Source: Carcharhinus longimanus (Eukaryota). Taken from it: a stretch of DNA of 64,000 nt. Below the pieces are notes generated by a model. It was not told where the DNA came from. It ran no database searches and saw only the letters and a list, made by a program, of their open reading frames with translations. The stretch is from the NCBI GenBank assembly GCA_030264375.1, contig JASCQW010000163.1, positions 26,344,967 to 26,408,966 of the forward strand, in the 5' to 3' direction. Below are positions 14,571-26,348 of this stretch, piece after piece; within the stretch, counting starts at the first letter, position 1; every line of letters starts with the position of its first letter. The translations under genes and the position numbers were made by a program.

Positions 14571-14783
14571 CAGTTTACACTATCGGTCGGGGCAAACAGA
14601 TGACGGTCGATGGAATGAATGATTGTCTTCAATAGACAAATAGATCAGGTGAGGAGGAGACAAACCCTCCTTCTGTTCACCTGCCAGAAAAAAAAGAGAT
14701 TCATCTCACTCAGTAATTTCCAACTCAGTTCCGCCAAGATTCACAACTTCCTGTGTCCAGAGAGGAGACTCGAACCCACCACG

Positions 14784-14835
14784 ACGCAAATAATTTCGGA
14801 CACTGAACAAAGACAATTGCAAGCAATGATGTTTG
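14784..14835 (+). CDS. NR2F2: Putative alternative first coding exon for a DBD-less NR2F2 isoform
   Basis: ACG CAA ATA ATT TCG GAC ACT GAA CAA ... ATG ATG TTT G|gtatgt translates as (T/M)QIISDTEQRQLQAMMF, resembling the human isoform-2 N-terminus MQAVWDLEQGKYGF (recalled). The phase-1 donor is in frame with exon 2 and lies about 5 kb upstream of the main ATG. The 5' boundary is unknown. Confidence 0.62.
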
Positions 14836-17800
14836 GTATGTTTTTAATAAATATATATGTATATATATATTACTTAGCTTGGGCGGGGTTGGTTTTTTTT
14901 TCTTGATCAGGACATAATCGTTCTTAAACACCTGTATTTATTAATTAATCTATATTATTTTGACATCAAGCAGTTTAGAATTTCAACACTCGGAGGATAT
15001 TCAATGTCCGTTCAAATAATTACATTTGGGGCTTTAATTCATTTGAGTTTTTTTTGCTTTCTCTGTCTATCTTCGAAATGACATTAAATCAGGCTGGTGT
15101 TTTATATTTTTGCTCTGGCTATTTTTGACAATTGAGCGAACAGCCCTTGCGGTTCCGCGTAGTTGTGTGTATGTCTCCCAGCGCAATAGCCATCACCCGT
15201 CGGACATTCAATCGCACCCGCGTATGGGTCGCGGTATCTCCCCACTGTGTAATATTAGCATTAGACAACAGAAGGTCCCGCAACAATACGAATTCGCCAA
15301 CTTAGAAATAAACGGGGGCTTCGAATCTTTCTGAAACGGCTTGCCCCGTCCTGGAGGTAGAAACCCAAAGCCTCTTTGCCCCTGCGTTTCAATGAATTAG
15401 ATTTGTTTCCTCCCCCCCTCCCCATTCATTGTCAAATTGTAATAGTGTAATAGTGCTCTGATTTACAATGCTAGGCTGAGCTCATTTCTAAAACTTTTTA
15501 AAATAGATATGTAAAGCACAGAATCGCCGCAAATAAGAAATTAGCCATTACTACAATCAACAGATATAATATTTGAACTGGGTATTAGAAATTGGTACTC
15601 ACCACTTTTCTATCTAGATCCACATACCCATCTGATGATTTGGGGGCAAAGGCGAATTTATTTATAGGGGGGTAGGAAGCAGCCGTCTTCGATTTAGCTT
15701 TACGGCGTTAGAAGAATCGCTTTAGAGAGAGAGAGGGAAGAAAAACAAATCTGTTACCAATCGGTTGTTTTGGAAAAGAAGTCTTAACGCCAACCATCTA
15801 AGTCAAGCAAGCGTCCGGGCAGATCTGGGTAAAATAAAAACACAAAGCGACGGAGATCAGCAGTCCCGCTCAGTAACGTCCGAGTCAATTAGAGCAAAAT
15901 CCTAAAGAATTAATCACATTAAAGGTGCAGAAGTTTTTTTTTCGGGGTATAAAGGGCGCGTTGTGAGCGAAGAGGCGCCGCGATCCTTTTGAAAGGCTTT
16001 TCTCCTCTGGAGTTCTACAGCGACACTCCATACGCTAGGTGGCAGCCAGATACTGTACAAGATTTTGACAAATTCTCCAGCATATGCTGCGATTTAGCAC
16101 TGTAAATTTTTCAGGAGCCCGCTGCACTGACAGCTCCCGGTGTCTATCAAAGTGCCACAAGTCACCGCTTCAAAACTGCAATGACTTTGAGATCACCGGG
16201 ACACAATGGGAACCACTTTCCCTATTCATCGTGTTGCAATGTAGTGTGAGTGAGAGAGAGGGGAGAAAAACCAGGGCAAAATCACAGGGAACTCAAATTC
16301 AATAGATCTAGCTGGTTATCAGAGAACAACTGAGAAGTAAGTGGCAACCAGATCGTCTTATAAATAGGTTACTCTGGCCATGCTATGGTTGGCACCCAAT
16401 GCAATATTCAATTAACCAAATACTATACGTTCCCTCATCTTTTTTTTTAAAAAAGAAATACATTTAAATGGCGGTTGCTGGTTTGCTCCAGAACAAATCC
16501 GAAGTTACTTCTGAAATTATTGCAACCTGTCCATTTGTAATAAAGAAAACAATGAGTACATTCTGTTCCAGAAAACCTACAAAATCCAATCTTGTGAGCC
16601 CGGGGAGGAGGAGGTGGGGAGGGGGAACCCACCTATACTGGCTTTATGCACATTTCACCAAATAACGTTGATATCCTGGCACGTTAGTTTAATTAGCAAC
16701 ATAAGATATTCGCTTCATATTTCTCAAAATTGACCGCATGTTGCATTTTGGATTGTTGAGTGTCAATGCTTCATATTATCTTTTCCTCTGACACTTTTTT
16801 TTAAAAAAAAATCAACTGTTACGTTTGAAAAGATGCATGCATTTTGCAAATTGCAATTGCTGAAGATGCTTTATGCTGAAGGGTTTTGCCCATTCTTTGC
16901 TAATGTGAGTGAGCGTGGTTTCTGTACGATTGCATCAAATGAGCATCAAGTCGAACTTGAGTTTATTTACCCTCCAAGTAACCAGATTAATAGTGCGTTA
17001 TAGCTTTTTTTAAAAAAACACTTTATTAAATTGTAAACACATCACCAAGAGATTGCTCCCACAGACTATCGACATTCAGGCAAATTTCTGAAAGAAATTC
17101 AAAGCAGCAGAGAGGGGGAATAATTGTACCGAGTAACGGTATTTGAAGTATTACCCTATTTGCACCTCAAATCGAACACCTGTTTAATGTCATCTTTCCC
17201 TGGACCCGTGTTCTTCCCTCGAATGTTCATAATTTCACATTTTATATGTTAACTGGCAGTCGTCGTTTAAGCGTGTAAATATTGGACCATTAAAAGTAAC
17301 ACGTAGTTTTAGTTTTCCACGAGTGAATTGCGAAATGCACAGGGCTCCTCTAAAAATGTGCAGTAAAGTGCATCTTTTTAGAATGTTGGATACTGTGAAA
17401 CGTGCGTCTGTAACTCGGCGCCAGCGAATTCTTAACACTTTGCAATTTCCTACAATAACACAATACGTATTCTTTTTTTCTCTCCAAACATCAGTTCATT
17501 TACATCTACTTACTTAGCTGTCTAGATAAATTTCGCAAATCACCCATTGCTGCAATTAATTATAACCCTAAATGCGACCAGAACCTCCAAAAACCAATGA
17601 ATATACCTGAACCAGTATATTTCTCACGAACATAATAACATTTGTCAATTTTGCTCTGTTGAAACCATCACTTCTTAGTTAATTCTAGCAGCGCTACCAA
17701 TAGACTAACCTCAACCAACCCGAGTGACTACTGGATGTAATGTGGTGTAAATGCAAAATAAGGACATTGGAAATTCGAATCTATGATCATTGAGGGGCAT

Positions 17801-18671
17801 GAAGGGGGGAAAGCGTTATCGGGGCAGCCCGGTTCCAAAGATTCGCCGCTCTTCCACATTGTTTTGGGGGAATTTGAAGCGAAATTATTCATCAATCTGC
17901 ATGCATCTCTGTGTATCTCTGTCTATGTGTTTCTATGCATCTAGCTAAGTGCACGCACACTTCAAAGCTGTTTCCACTTTTAAGTATTTCAAAGTAAACG
18001 TGATATTTATCCGTATTAATAATGGTTCATCAGATGAATGAGACCCTCTCTAACATTCATGGCTTCTCTCAGCCTACACACCTTCTGCAACCCGTACAGG
18101 AACAATTCTCCTTCATAAACCAGCCGTGGCTGATTTCTGACATGGTTGGTCCTTAATTTTATTTGGATACTTTCATTTAAAAAAAAATCTTGAAATAATC
18201 CTTGCCACACTTTCCCCAACAACTCCCGTCAGGACATCTCAATCAGTGGAAAAAAAAAGCCTCGCCGCCAATGTTCCATCTTTCAGCAGCAACTTTTGTC
18301 CTTGACCAGAAACTGATTTGTGAATAGTGTGTGTTTTATTCTCTGGTATTGATGGGGTGGGGGTGGTGATGGGGGTAGCATTTGTGTTCGAGAACCTGCT
18401 TGCTAAAGAACCTTGGGGGGGAAAGATAGATATTTACCTATTTGCTCATACAAGCTATAGGGTGGATTCTTTATTAATATCAAGTTGGCATTGCAAGATT
18501 CCACCTCCAATAAAAAAAGACGAGCTTATACATAATTGGGAGTATTCAGTGTGGTTGAGAATTTCTGCTTTATTGGATTATTTAATATATATGTTGTTAA
18601 TTTGTGATAGCAATATTTTTTAAAAAAGAAAATAGAGTTATTGCCCATTTTATTAAAAAAATGAAGAAACA

Positions 18672-18725
18672 GGGTGTGGGGGGTAGGGTGGGAGTGGGCT
18701 GATGGGGAGGGAGGGAGGGAGGGGG
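18672..18725 (+). other. Promoter-proximal G-quadruplex-forming motif
   Basis: More than eight GGG+ runs with short loops (gggtgtgggggg tagggtgggagtggg...ggggagggagggagggaggggg). Confidence 0.45.
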
Positions 18726-18950
18726 AGAGAAATAGAAAACTTATTTTTTTCCCCCCAAGTAGACCTCTGCGCATGGATGTAATGTAAATTTGTTGGCGGC
18801 CAGGACGTGCTGGATAATAAGTAAGGCGACTGTCCAATGCGGTACAGGGGGCGGGCCAGATGTCCCAGCCCCCCGAACCTAAAGCTCTGACCAGTCGCCT
18901 TTGATTGTCAGTCGCCAGCAGCCGCCGCTTGGCTCCGTCACTCGGCAGCC

Positions 18951-18960
18951 CCATATAAGG
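18951..18960. promoter_or_regulatory. CArG box (SRF consensus)
   Basis: CCATATAAGG is a perfect CC(A/T)6GG, about 50 bp upstream of the TATA-like box. Confidence 0.55.
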
Positions 18961-18997
18961 AAAGCATCTCCATAGAAACGTGTCAGTTTCAATAGTC

Positions 18998-19010
18998 GTG
19001 TCAAAGTTCA
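18998..19010 (+). promoter_or_regulatory. DR1 nuclear-receptor element GTGTCA-A-AGTTCA next to the TATA-like box
   Basis: Exact sequence is present. It matches the retinoid-responsive/autoregulatory DR1 that I recall from mammalian COUP-TF promoters. Confidence 0.75.
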
Positions 19011-19545
19011 CTATATACAGCCATCCGCGCAGATTTCCCCTTTCAGAAAAATTACTCCGCAAGCCCGCTCGTTCAAATCGGATTCACTTCCAACCCCCCT
19101 TTTTGCATATTTGATCAGTTCGATTCTCTCTCCCTTCCCTTATTTTTCGCCTCCTCTCGCATGAGAGAGGTTCTATAGCTCCCCTTTTTTTTCCACGACG
19201 TCGACTCCTATTTTTTTTTGTGTGTGTGTAGTCTCTCTCTTTTTTTTTGCTGGCGAGTTGTTGAGTCTCTTCCTCTCTGTGTGTATGTGTGTGTATGTGT
19301 GCAGTTCCCCTACCAGTACGGCGAAGAATTTATGATCAGTTGATGGTCGGGCACTTCTACTCCGGATCGTGCATTTGCCTTCAAGAGTCGATCCCCCCTC
19401 TCTTTTTTCCTTCTTTTTAATCTTTTAACCTTTCGTTCCCCCCCTTCGTCCTTTTTTTATGGGTTTCCTGAATGGCTGACTGCGTGCTGCCCTGGTACTG
19501 GCCCCCCGACACTCGCTTCTTCTCTGCCGATCGGATTTGAGCTCC

Positions 19546-19642
19546 TACTCTTTCTCTCTCTCCCTCCCCCTCTCTTTCTCTTTCTCTCTTTCTCTTTCTC
19601 TCTCTCTCTCCCCCCTCTCTCTCCTTCTCTCCCTCCCTCTCT
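19546..19642 (+). repeat. (CT)n / polypyrimidine tract in the 5'UTR
   Basis: About 95 nt of almost pure C/T ending about 120 nt upstream of the ATG. Confidence 0.9.
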
Positions 19643-19765
19643 GTATTTTTTTTTGGGGGGGTTGTTGTCAGCTAATCGACTCTTCCTCCTTCGTTTTGTT
19701 CCTGATCTGACGATTCCAAGACAAGACAGGTTTTGTTTTGTCTGATAACACTCTTGCCCCGAGAT

Positions 19766-20186
19766 ATGGCAATGGTAGTTAGTACGTGGCGAGACCCGCA
19801 GGACGACGTGGCCGGAGCGCAGGGCACACAGCCACCCCCGCCTCAGCAAGGACCGCAACCGCCTTCTGGAGCACCCCTTACCCCGCAGACCCCAGGGCAG
19901 CCGGGAGCCCCGGGCACCCCGGCCCAGTCCAACCAGCAGAACCAGCAACAAGGCGAGAAACAGCAGCAGCATATCGAGTGTGTGGTGTGTGGCGACAAAT
20001 CGAGCGGCAAACACTACGGCCAGTTCACCTGCGAAGGTTGCAAGAGTTTCTTTAAGAGAAGTGTGCGCAGAAACTTGACGTACACATGTCGTGCCAACAG
20101 GAACTGCCCCATAGACCAACACCACCGCAATCAGTGTCAGTACTGCCGCCTGAAAAAATGCCTGAAAGTCGGCATGAGACGGGAAG
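19766..20186 (+). CDS. NR2F2: NR2F2/COUP-TFII coding exon 1 (A/B region and C4 zinc-finger DNA-binding domain)
   Basis: ATG at 19766 gives [17 protein letters not shown]...[72 protein letters not shown], a canonical COUP-TF DBD. Donor GAAG|gtattg at 20186/20187, phase 1, 421 nt. Confidence 0.97.
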
Positions 20187-20435
20187 GTATTGAGAATTCA
20201 TTTATTTCCAAATGTTTGCGCTTACTCTAAACCAGCAACCCACCCTTTCCAACCCCAACCCACCCACCCACTCCCACCCTGGCAGAAAGGGAGCTGAACT
20301 GCTCAGACTTAATTCTGTAAAGTTGTAGTGTGTGTGCTACCTGGCATGCCAGTTAAAATCAATTGAGTCTGTACTTTAGAGGGTGCCTCTGGTTGAGAAA
20401 GTCCTCTAAGTATTCTTTGCAAATGATTTTGATCT

Positions 20436-20458
20436 GTGTGTGTGTGTGTGTGTGTGTG
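20436..20458. repeat. (TG)n microsatellite in intron 1
   Basis: Directly visible. Confidence 0.9.
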
Positions 20459-20983
20459 TTGTCTGGGGGGAGAGAGAAAGAGAAAACTGTACGTGTGTGT
20501 GTGTGAAAGAGAAGGGGGTCTTTTGAAAATAGTAAGATGCTGAAAGAAGTGTGCTTTGATTGTAATCCATATTGAAAAAATGTGTTATGTTACCCACGAA
20601 ACTTCACACGAAAAGAGAGGAGGGTGTGAATAATGTCCTGTGCAAGTTGGAACAGTTTGCAGAGTGAAGTCCAGATAGGGAAATAAATCAGCCATTGTTG
20701 TAAAAAAAAAGATTCAATCAGTTTTTTAACACACGCTGTAGGGAAATGACATAGCAAAATGGCATGGCAGTGTTCGGTTTAAAATATGCCGGCTAGCTTT
20801 AATACACACAGCTTCACGTTGTACAGCCGGTGGGAGATTTTTTTTGTCTTTAAAAAATGATAGTGTATGCAGCAGTTATTGTTGTTGTAAAATGGCTCAG
20901 GGGTGTGTATTGTATGCAAACTGTCTGACAATATGGTAAGATGCAGGTTTTAATATCTGTAGTTTGTTCTTTTCGCACTGCAG

Positions 20984-21511
20984 CAGTCCAAAGGGGAAGA
21001 ATGCCACCTACACAACCGACTCCTGGCCAGTTCGCCTTGACAAACGGAGACCCACTCAACTGCCATTCCTATTTATCGGGATATATCTCCCTGTTACTGC
21101 GGGCGGAGCCATACCCGACCTCCCGCTACGGCAGTCAATGCATGCAACCGAACAATATCAGGGGCATTGAAAACATTTGTGAACTGGCCGCTCGGCTGCT
21201 CTTCAGCGCGGTGGAATGGGCGAGGAATATCCCTTTCTTCCCGGATCTTCAGATCACAGACCAGGTAGCTCTACTGAGGCTGACCTGGAGTGAGTTGTTT
21301 GTTCTGAACGCTGCCCAGTGCTCCATGCCTCTCCATGTGGCTCCTCTCTTGGCCGCCGCCGGGCTGCACGCGTCCCCTATGTCTGCAGATAGGGTCGTAG
21401 CCTTCATGGATCACATAAGGATCTTCCAGGAGCAGGTCGAGAAACTCAAGGCTTTGCATGTCGACTCGGCAGAGTACAGCTGCTTAAAGGCCATCGTCCT
21501 CTTCACTTCAG
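20984..21511 (+). CDS. NR2F2: NR2F2 coding exon 2 (hinge and most of the ligand-binding domain)
   Basis: Acceptor ctttt cgcactgcag|CA gives (A)[32 protein letters not shown]...KAIVLFTS. Donor TCAG|gtaggc. Length 528 nt, phase 1-1. GQFAL, LNCHSY and DQVALL are NR2F2-type residues. Confidence 0.97.
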
Positions 21512-22836
21512 GTAGGCGAATATTCATTCTAAAATATGGCTGATCTGTAATCAGAACAGCCATGATATCAGGTCAGAATGAGCATACAGTCAATTACTAA
21601 GCTCTGATCTCACTGTAGTGTCATGTACCCTTTATATAACATCTATATTATTATAAACATGGCTCCATGTTTTATCACTATGTAAGTTTTAAAATATAAT
21701 TGAAACAATTACTTAAAAAAACACATTTAATCACTATTAAAGGTTTCATCTCAAATAGAGTTACTACAAAATTTCCAATGTTTCGCATGAGATCCCATCC
21801 CACTAATATTATTTTAAAAATAAGTGCAAATGAAGACCAGGGATGGTGATGAAAATATTGTTATATTTTGTCATTTTGCAAAAAAATTCAGTTTGAGTTG
21901 AATACGCTTTCATATAGTGTGCAAAATTGCTGCATTTAACTTCGAACAGTAGCGCAATCATTCATCTGGGGTTGGGATAAAGCGTCCAGGGGTTGATATC
22001 AGGAAACAGAAATGTTCAGTTTCTGTGGGAAAGCGGCTCACAATCCTTCCCTTGTTGTGTTAGGGTGATCTGGGTATCCAGAGGACTCTCTGGACCCCTT
22101 CCAGTGCTCGGGTCGTGACCCGAGCTTCCTTTTCTATATTATTACTTCACACATAAAAAAAACCATGCTTTTCCAAAATGTCCTTTTTTAAAAAACCAAA
22201 CTAATCAAATTAGAAGCGAACATTTAGTTAGAGGGAAAAAAATATCCAGGCGGCTGAGCTTAAGTGGGGGTGACGTGTTGTGTGTTTGCTTTAAGTTATC
22301 ACATGCCAGTTTTTGTGAAGTACTATTTTTCTTAGTCTTTTTTTTATACTTGAATTACTAACCGACTTGGAAACACTTTTAAATGTTATGCGGTTTATTT
22401 TGTTTGTTCAGTCTACTTGATCCTACTCAACCAAGAGCAATCGATGACATTACCATAGCAGTTAATTTATTACTATTTGTGAAATGTCAGGCCTTGTGTG
22501 CAGTCAAGCAAACTCACTGTTTTGTGAGCACTTTGCTATTACATGCTGTTGGGGGGTGGATATACATACGCATAAATATACAACGCTACATGCCCGAGAT
22601 AGTAAAATCTGGTTTAAGTTTAGGAAACCCCCAAAAAAGTGAAATGTGGTTGTGAATGGTTGCTGTATCTGTGCATTGTGTTTTCTTTGATGACTATAAT
22701 AATATGCGTCTGTTGGGCTGGGTCTAGAACATTGCAAGATGCAATGGCTAGGTCAGGTCATAACCTATGCTCTCTAATTAAAGGTCCTATGCACGTATGG
22801 GTGTAATTTATTTAATCCTGCACTTTTTTTCTCTAA

Positions 22837-23163
<327 letters not shown>

Positions 23164-25830
23164 ATAGGGAAGGGGAGGGCAAAAGAAAAGGCAAGTGACA
23201 TTATTTTGCAAATTCCTTCTCGTAAGGGAGGAAATAAAAGGCTGTTACAAGTTTACCTATGTGACACACAAAAAAATGAAGAGAGGGAAGAGAAAAAAAG
23301 GACTGTGGATTTCAATGACTGTACAAGAACTTTAAAAAAAAACGCATTCAGAAACTCTCCTGTGTCGTTCAGAACAACTTGCTACTTATCATTTTTGTAA
23401 CAAAAGGAAATTAGTCTTTTATTTTGGTTTATTTTGTAAACTTTTGAGAAATATCGATATAAAGATAAGTGCATTTAAACAAGAATTTCAAAATTAGGAG
23501 GAAAGAAAGAAACATTTTCCAAATTATTATAAATTGTCCTGTGTCTATGTATCTATAGCTGTTTTGTATTTTTCCTGGTTTCAAACCAGTCTCCTCTGTG
23601 ATTCTCTACTAATAATTTTGATATAACCATTGCTTCTTATCAGATACGGTGTATCACGTAAATATGTTCTGCAAGAATTAAAACTGAATCCACTAAAAAA
23701 GTTAGACGAAAGGTTTTATCGACAGGATTGAAACTTAATGCTGGAAACGCACTTATAGTGTTAACTCATAAGANNNNNNNNNNNNNNNNNNNNNNNNNNN
23801 NNNNNNNNNNNNNNNNNNNNNNNNNNNNNNNNNNNNNNNNNNNNNNNNNNNNNNNNNNNNNNNNNNNNNNNNNTGTAATCTCAATTATAGTGTTAACTAA
23901 TAAGACGTTTAATTTGGGGGAAATGGACTGCAGACCTTTATTAAATGATACACAATTGTAATTTTAAAAAATCCATTGTTGAAAACTGGTTAATATTGAC
24001 ATGTTCGGGGGGGGGGAGGAGTACTTTGTGGGTATATTTCTGAAAGCAAAAATCTTTTATGTGTCCAAGACACAGTACAATTTTGTTTCATTAAATTTAA
24101 GAAATTTTTAGTGATCTGAATGTGGCTCCATTTAGTTCCTGTTGCAGTATAGAGTCCGACCAGGCTCCAAAAATTAAAAAAGCGCCTGTTTGTATATTTC
24201 CAGCCCATTTGTAACAATTATCAACCCATTGCCCTTTTAAAGGAAAAGTAATGCCACAATTTCTTTTCTTGGATTCAGCATGGAACTCTATGTCGGCACT
24301 TACTATTTGACATGTGGTTAATTAAGTATCTAGAGTTTACAAGTCGTGTATACAAGCTGAAGGTTTTTTTTAAGTGCAACATTTCTGTACTGTAAAGAGT
24401 TATGATCGGATTGTTTGGTCAGTCTTGTGTGTTATATTCAAGAAAAAAAATGAAAGTATTCGGAGATTATAATATTATTTGATATATGGAACTTTTTCGC
24501 TGTTACAACTGTATGTTCACCCAAGGGAAAAAAAATCTCATTACAATGGTCAAACATCGCAGTTTACTGGAGTCATTACAATTCGTGGATTATTTGTCTT
24601 ATTTACTCAATATACCTGTATGGTTTACTACCACTGTCTGTAGTAGTGGACAAACCACATGCTCTTTCGATGAAAGGATAAACCGTGGACTCATGCTGCT
24701 CATTGTCTTTTGGGTTTAGCAGTGACACCTCAAAGATACAGTCAAAAAATCCCCAATACGAAACGCCGTTCCCCCTCCTCTTTTAAATTCAAAATGCCAT
24801 AGGGATTTTGACCACCGACCCTTATTTAGTTCTAACTTAAGTGCCTGTGCAACCAATGTACATTAGACAGGTGTTAGGAAGCATGGATCATTATGTGTTT
24901 TAATGGTCAAGATTTTGTTTTGAAGCTTATTGTGTCTAAAGTTCACGCACAGAACACACTTAAACAAGCAATTGCTACTAGGAACAGTGTTGATTGTAAA
25001 TAAAATATATTAAATGAGATTTATTCATAAAAAAGTATGTCTGGAAAAATGTGGTTGCCAATTTTTGTTATTGGAAGTTCTTCAAACTGAGGATGATGTG
25101 ACTGACGTTTGATGTGTAGCACTATAAGTGAGCCTGATTTAATGTATATACATATAAATTCATTTGAATTTTTATATATGGGAATAGACTGTGAGAGCAT
25201 GGCCACAGGTCGCTAACACATTTTACATTTGTTACATACATGTAAATGTTGGATTGTATAGAGGATATACATTTTGGCGAATGTTTGCCTTCAGTGCTCC
25301 CATATACCCTTGTATTAAAAACAAAACAAAAAAAAAACAACAGAGCGAGCTGGTTTGAGTTGGCCAAGCCATTTGTTCTAAGCTTTTCTGGTAGTGCTGC
25401 TACCTACCTACACTGCAGTGTGAAAACTTGCATTTTGTCCCTTTTTTTAAAAAAAAGACAAAAAAAAACTTTTTTGTGTGTGTGGCTGTCCGGCCACATA
25501 CTACATCATGTTGTGGTTACACACAAAAAGAATCATTTTGTATAGTTGATGGAACAGTGATCTTTACCTGTTATAGAGACAGATCTGGACCAGAAATGAT
25601 GTATGGTTGTGATTATTAACACGTTTGCAGCTGACCCACGTTTTTTTACTTCAGGGTATTGCTCCGCTGTTCTAACTTATAGATCGAGCCTTCTCAGATG
25701 TTTTTTTTATTGCAAGTAATATGTGTATGGAGTTACTCCGCCAGACTCCTGTTTGTGTTAGCTATTGTATACAGCGTTTTTGTTGTAAATTGTTATTGGT
25801 ATTAAATTATAATTTATGGCTTTGAATCAA
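23164..25830 (+). other. NR2F2: NR2F2 3'UTR (distal end inferred)
   Basis: AU-rich and repeat-free, with several miRNA seed matches. Candidate signals are ATTAAA at about 23677, AATAAA at about 24999 and ATTAAA at 25801. Contains one N gap. Confidence 0.6.
25801..25806 (+). terminator. Candidate distal polyadenylation signal ATTAAA
   Basis: Preceded by TGTA motifs and followed by a U/GU-rich stretch (tgttttattc). Confidence 0.4.
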
Positions 25831-26079
25831 AGGCTCTCACTGTTTTATTCCCTATTTTCTTAATTTAAATATTGATAAGCGGGAGGCCTTGACCATAACC
25901 AGATATGATGCAGCATGGTATCTAAGAATCTCTGTACAGTAAAGTTTTTCAACTGCAGATCGCTTGATTGCCTATTCTACAATTTAGATTAGCCTAGTTT
26001 ATAAATACTGATACCCTAAATCCTTCCCCACCCACCCCCCTCACTCAAAAAGTTGCCCCCCAATCTAGCTGCTTTAGAA

Positions 26080-26316
26080 CAATGAAATTAACCCGGGGGT
26101 GAAACTGACAAAAGGGATTGAAATTGACGAGCTTGTCCTTTAACTGGCGAGATCTGAGGCTGTTGAAATATGGTGACGCTCGCCCTGAAGTGTCCATTTA
26201 TTTTTCCCGCGGCCTTTTTTTATCTGATCTTACCTCGCGTTTCTGTGCGAGGGGTTAAAAAGAAACCAGCCAAACATGATCTGCAAGCTTGTATGGCTCC
26301 GGCGTGCCGCCCCCCT

Positions 26317-26348
<32 letters not shown>

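Larger units (their letters stand above)
18840..19020 (+). promoter_or_regulatory. NR2F2 main core promoter
   Basis: GC box GGGGGCGGGC 18847-18856, TGATTGTCA (PBX/MEIS-like) 18902-18910, CArG 18951-18960, DR1 18998-19010 and TATATA 19012-19017, followed by a pyrimidine-rich leader. Confidence 0.8.

Noticed and set aside
10000-16300. Possible NR2F2-AS1-like antisense lncRNA
   Set aside because: Expected by analogy with mammals, but no exon structure can be supported from sequence alone.
19457-20125. 222-aa antisense ORF, plus the other ORFs overlapping NR2F2 exons
   Set aside because: Shadows of GC-rich coding sequence and the CT repeat, with no recognisable domain.
20941-20983. In-frame intronic ATG extension ([14 protein letters not shown]); likewise the ORF-track starts at 19733 and 22867
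   Set aside because: These are read-through into polypyrimidine tracts or UTR. The canonical splice sites and ATG 19766 explain the conserved protein.
23752-23905. Direct repeat TTATAGTGTTAACT(C/A)ATAAGA flanking the 3'UTR gap
   Set aside because: Most likely unmerged overlapping contigs or haplotypes, not a real duplication.
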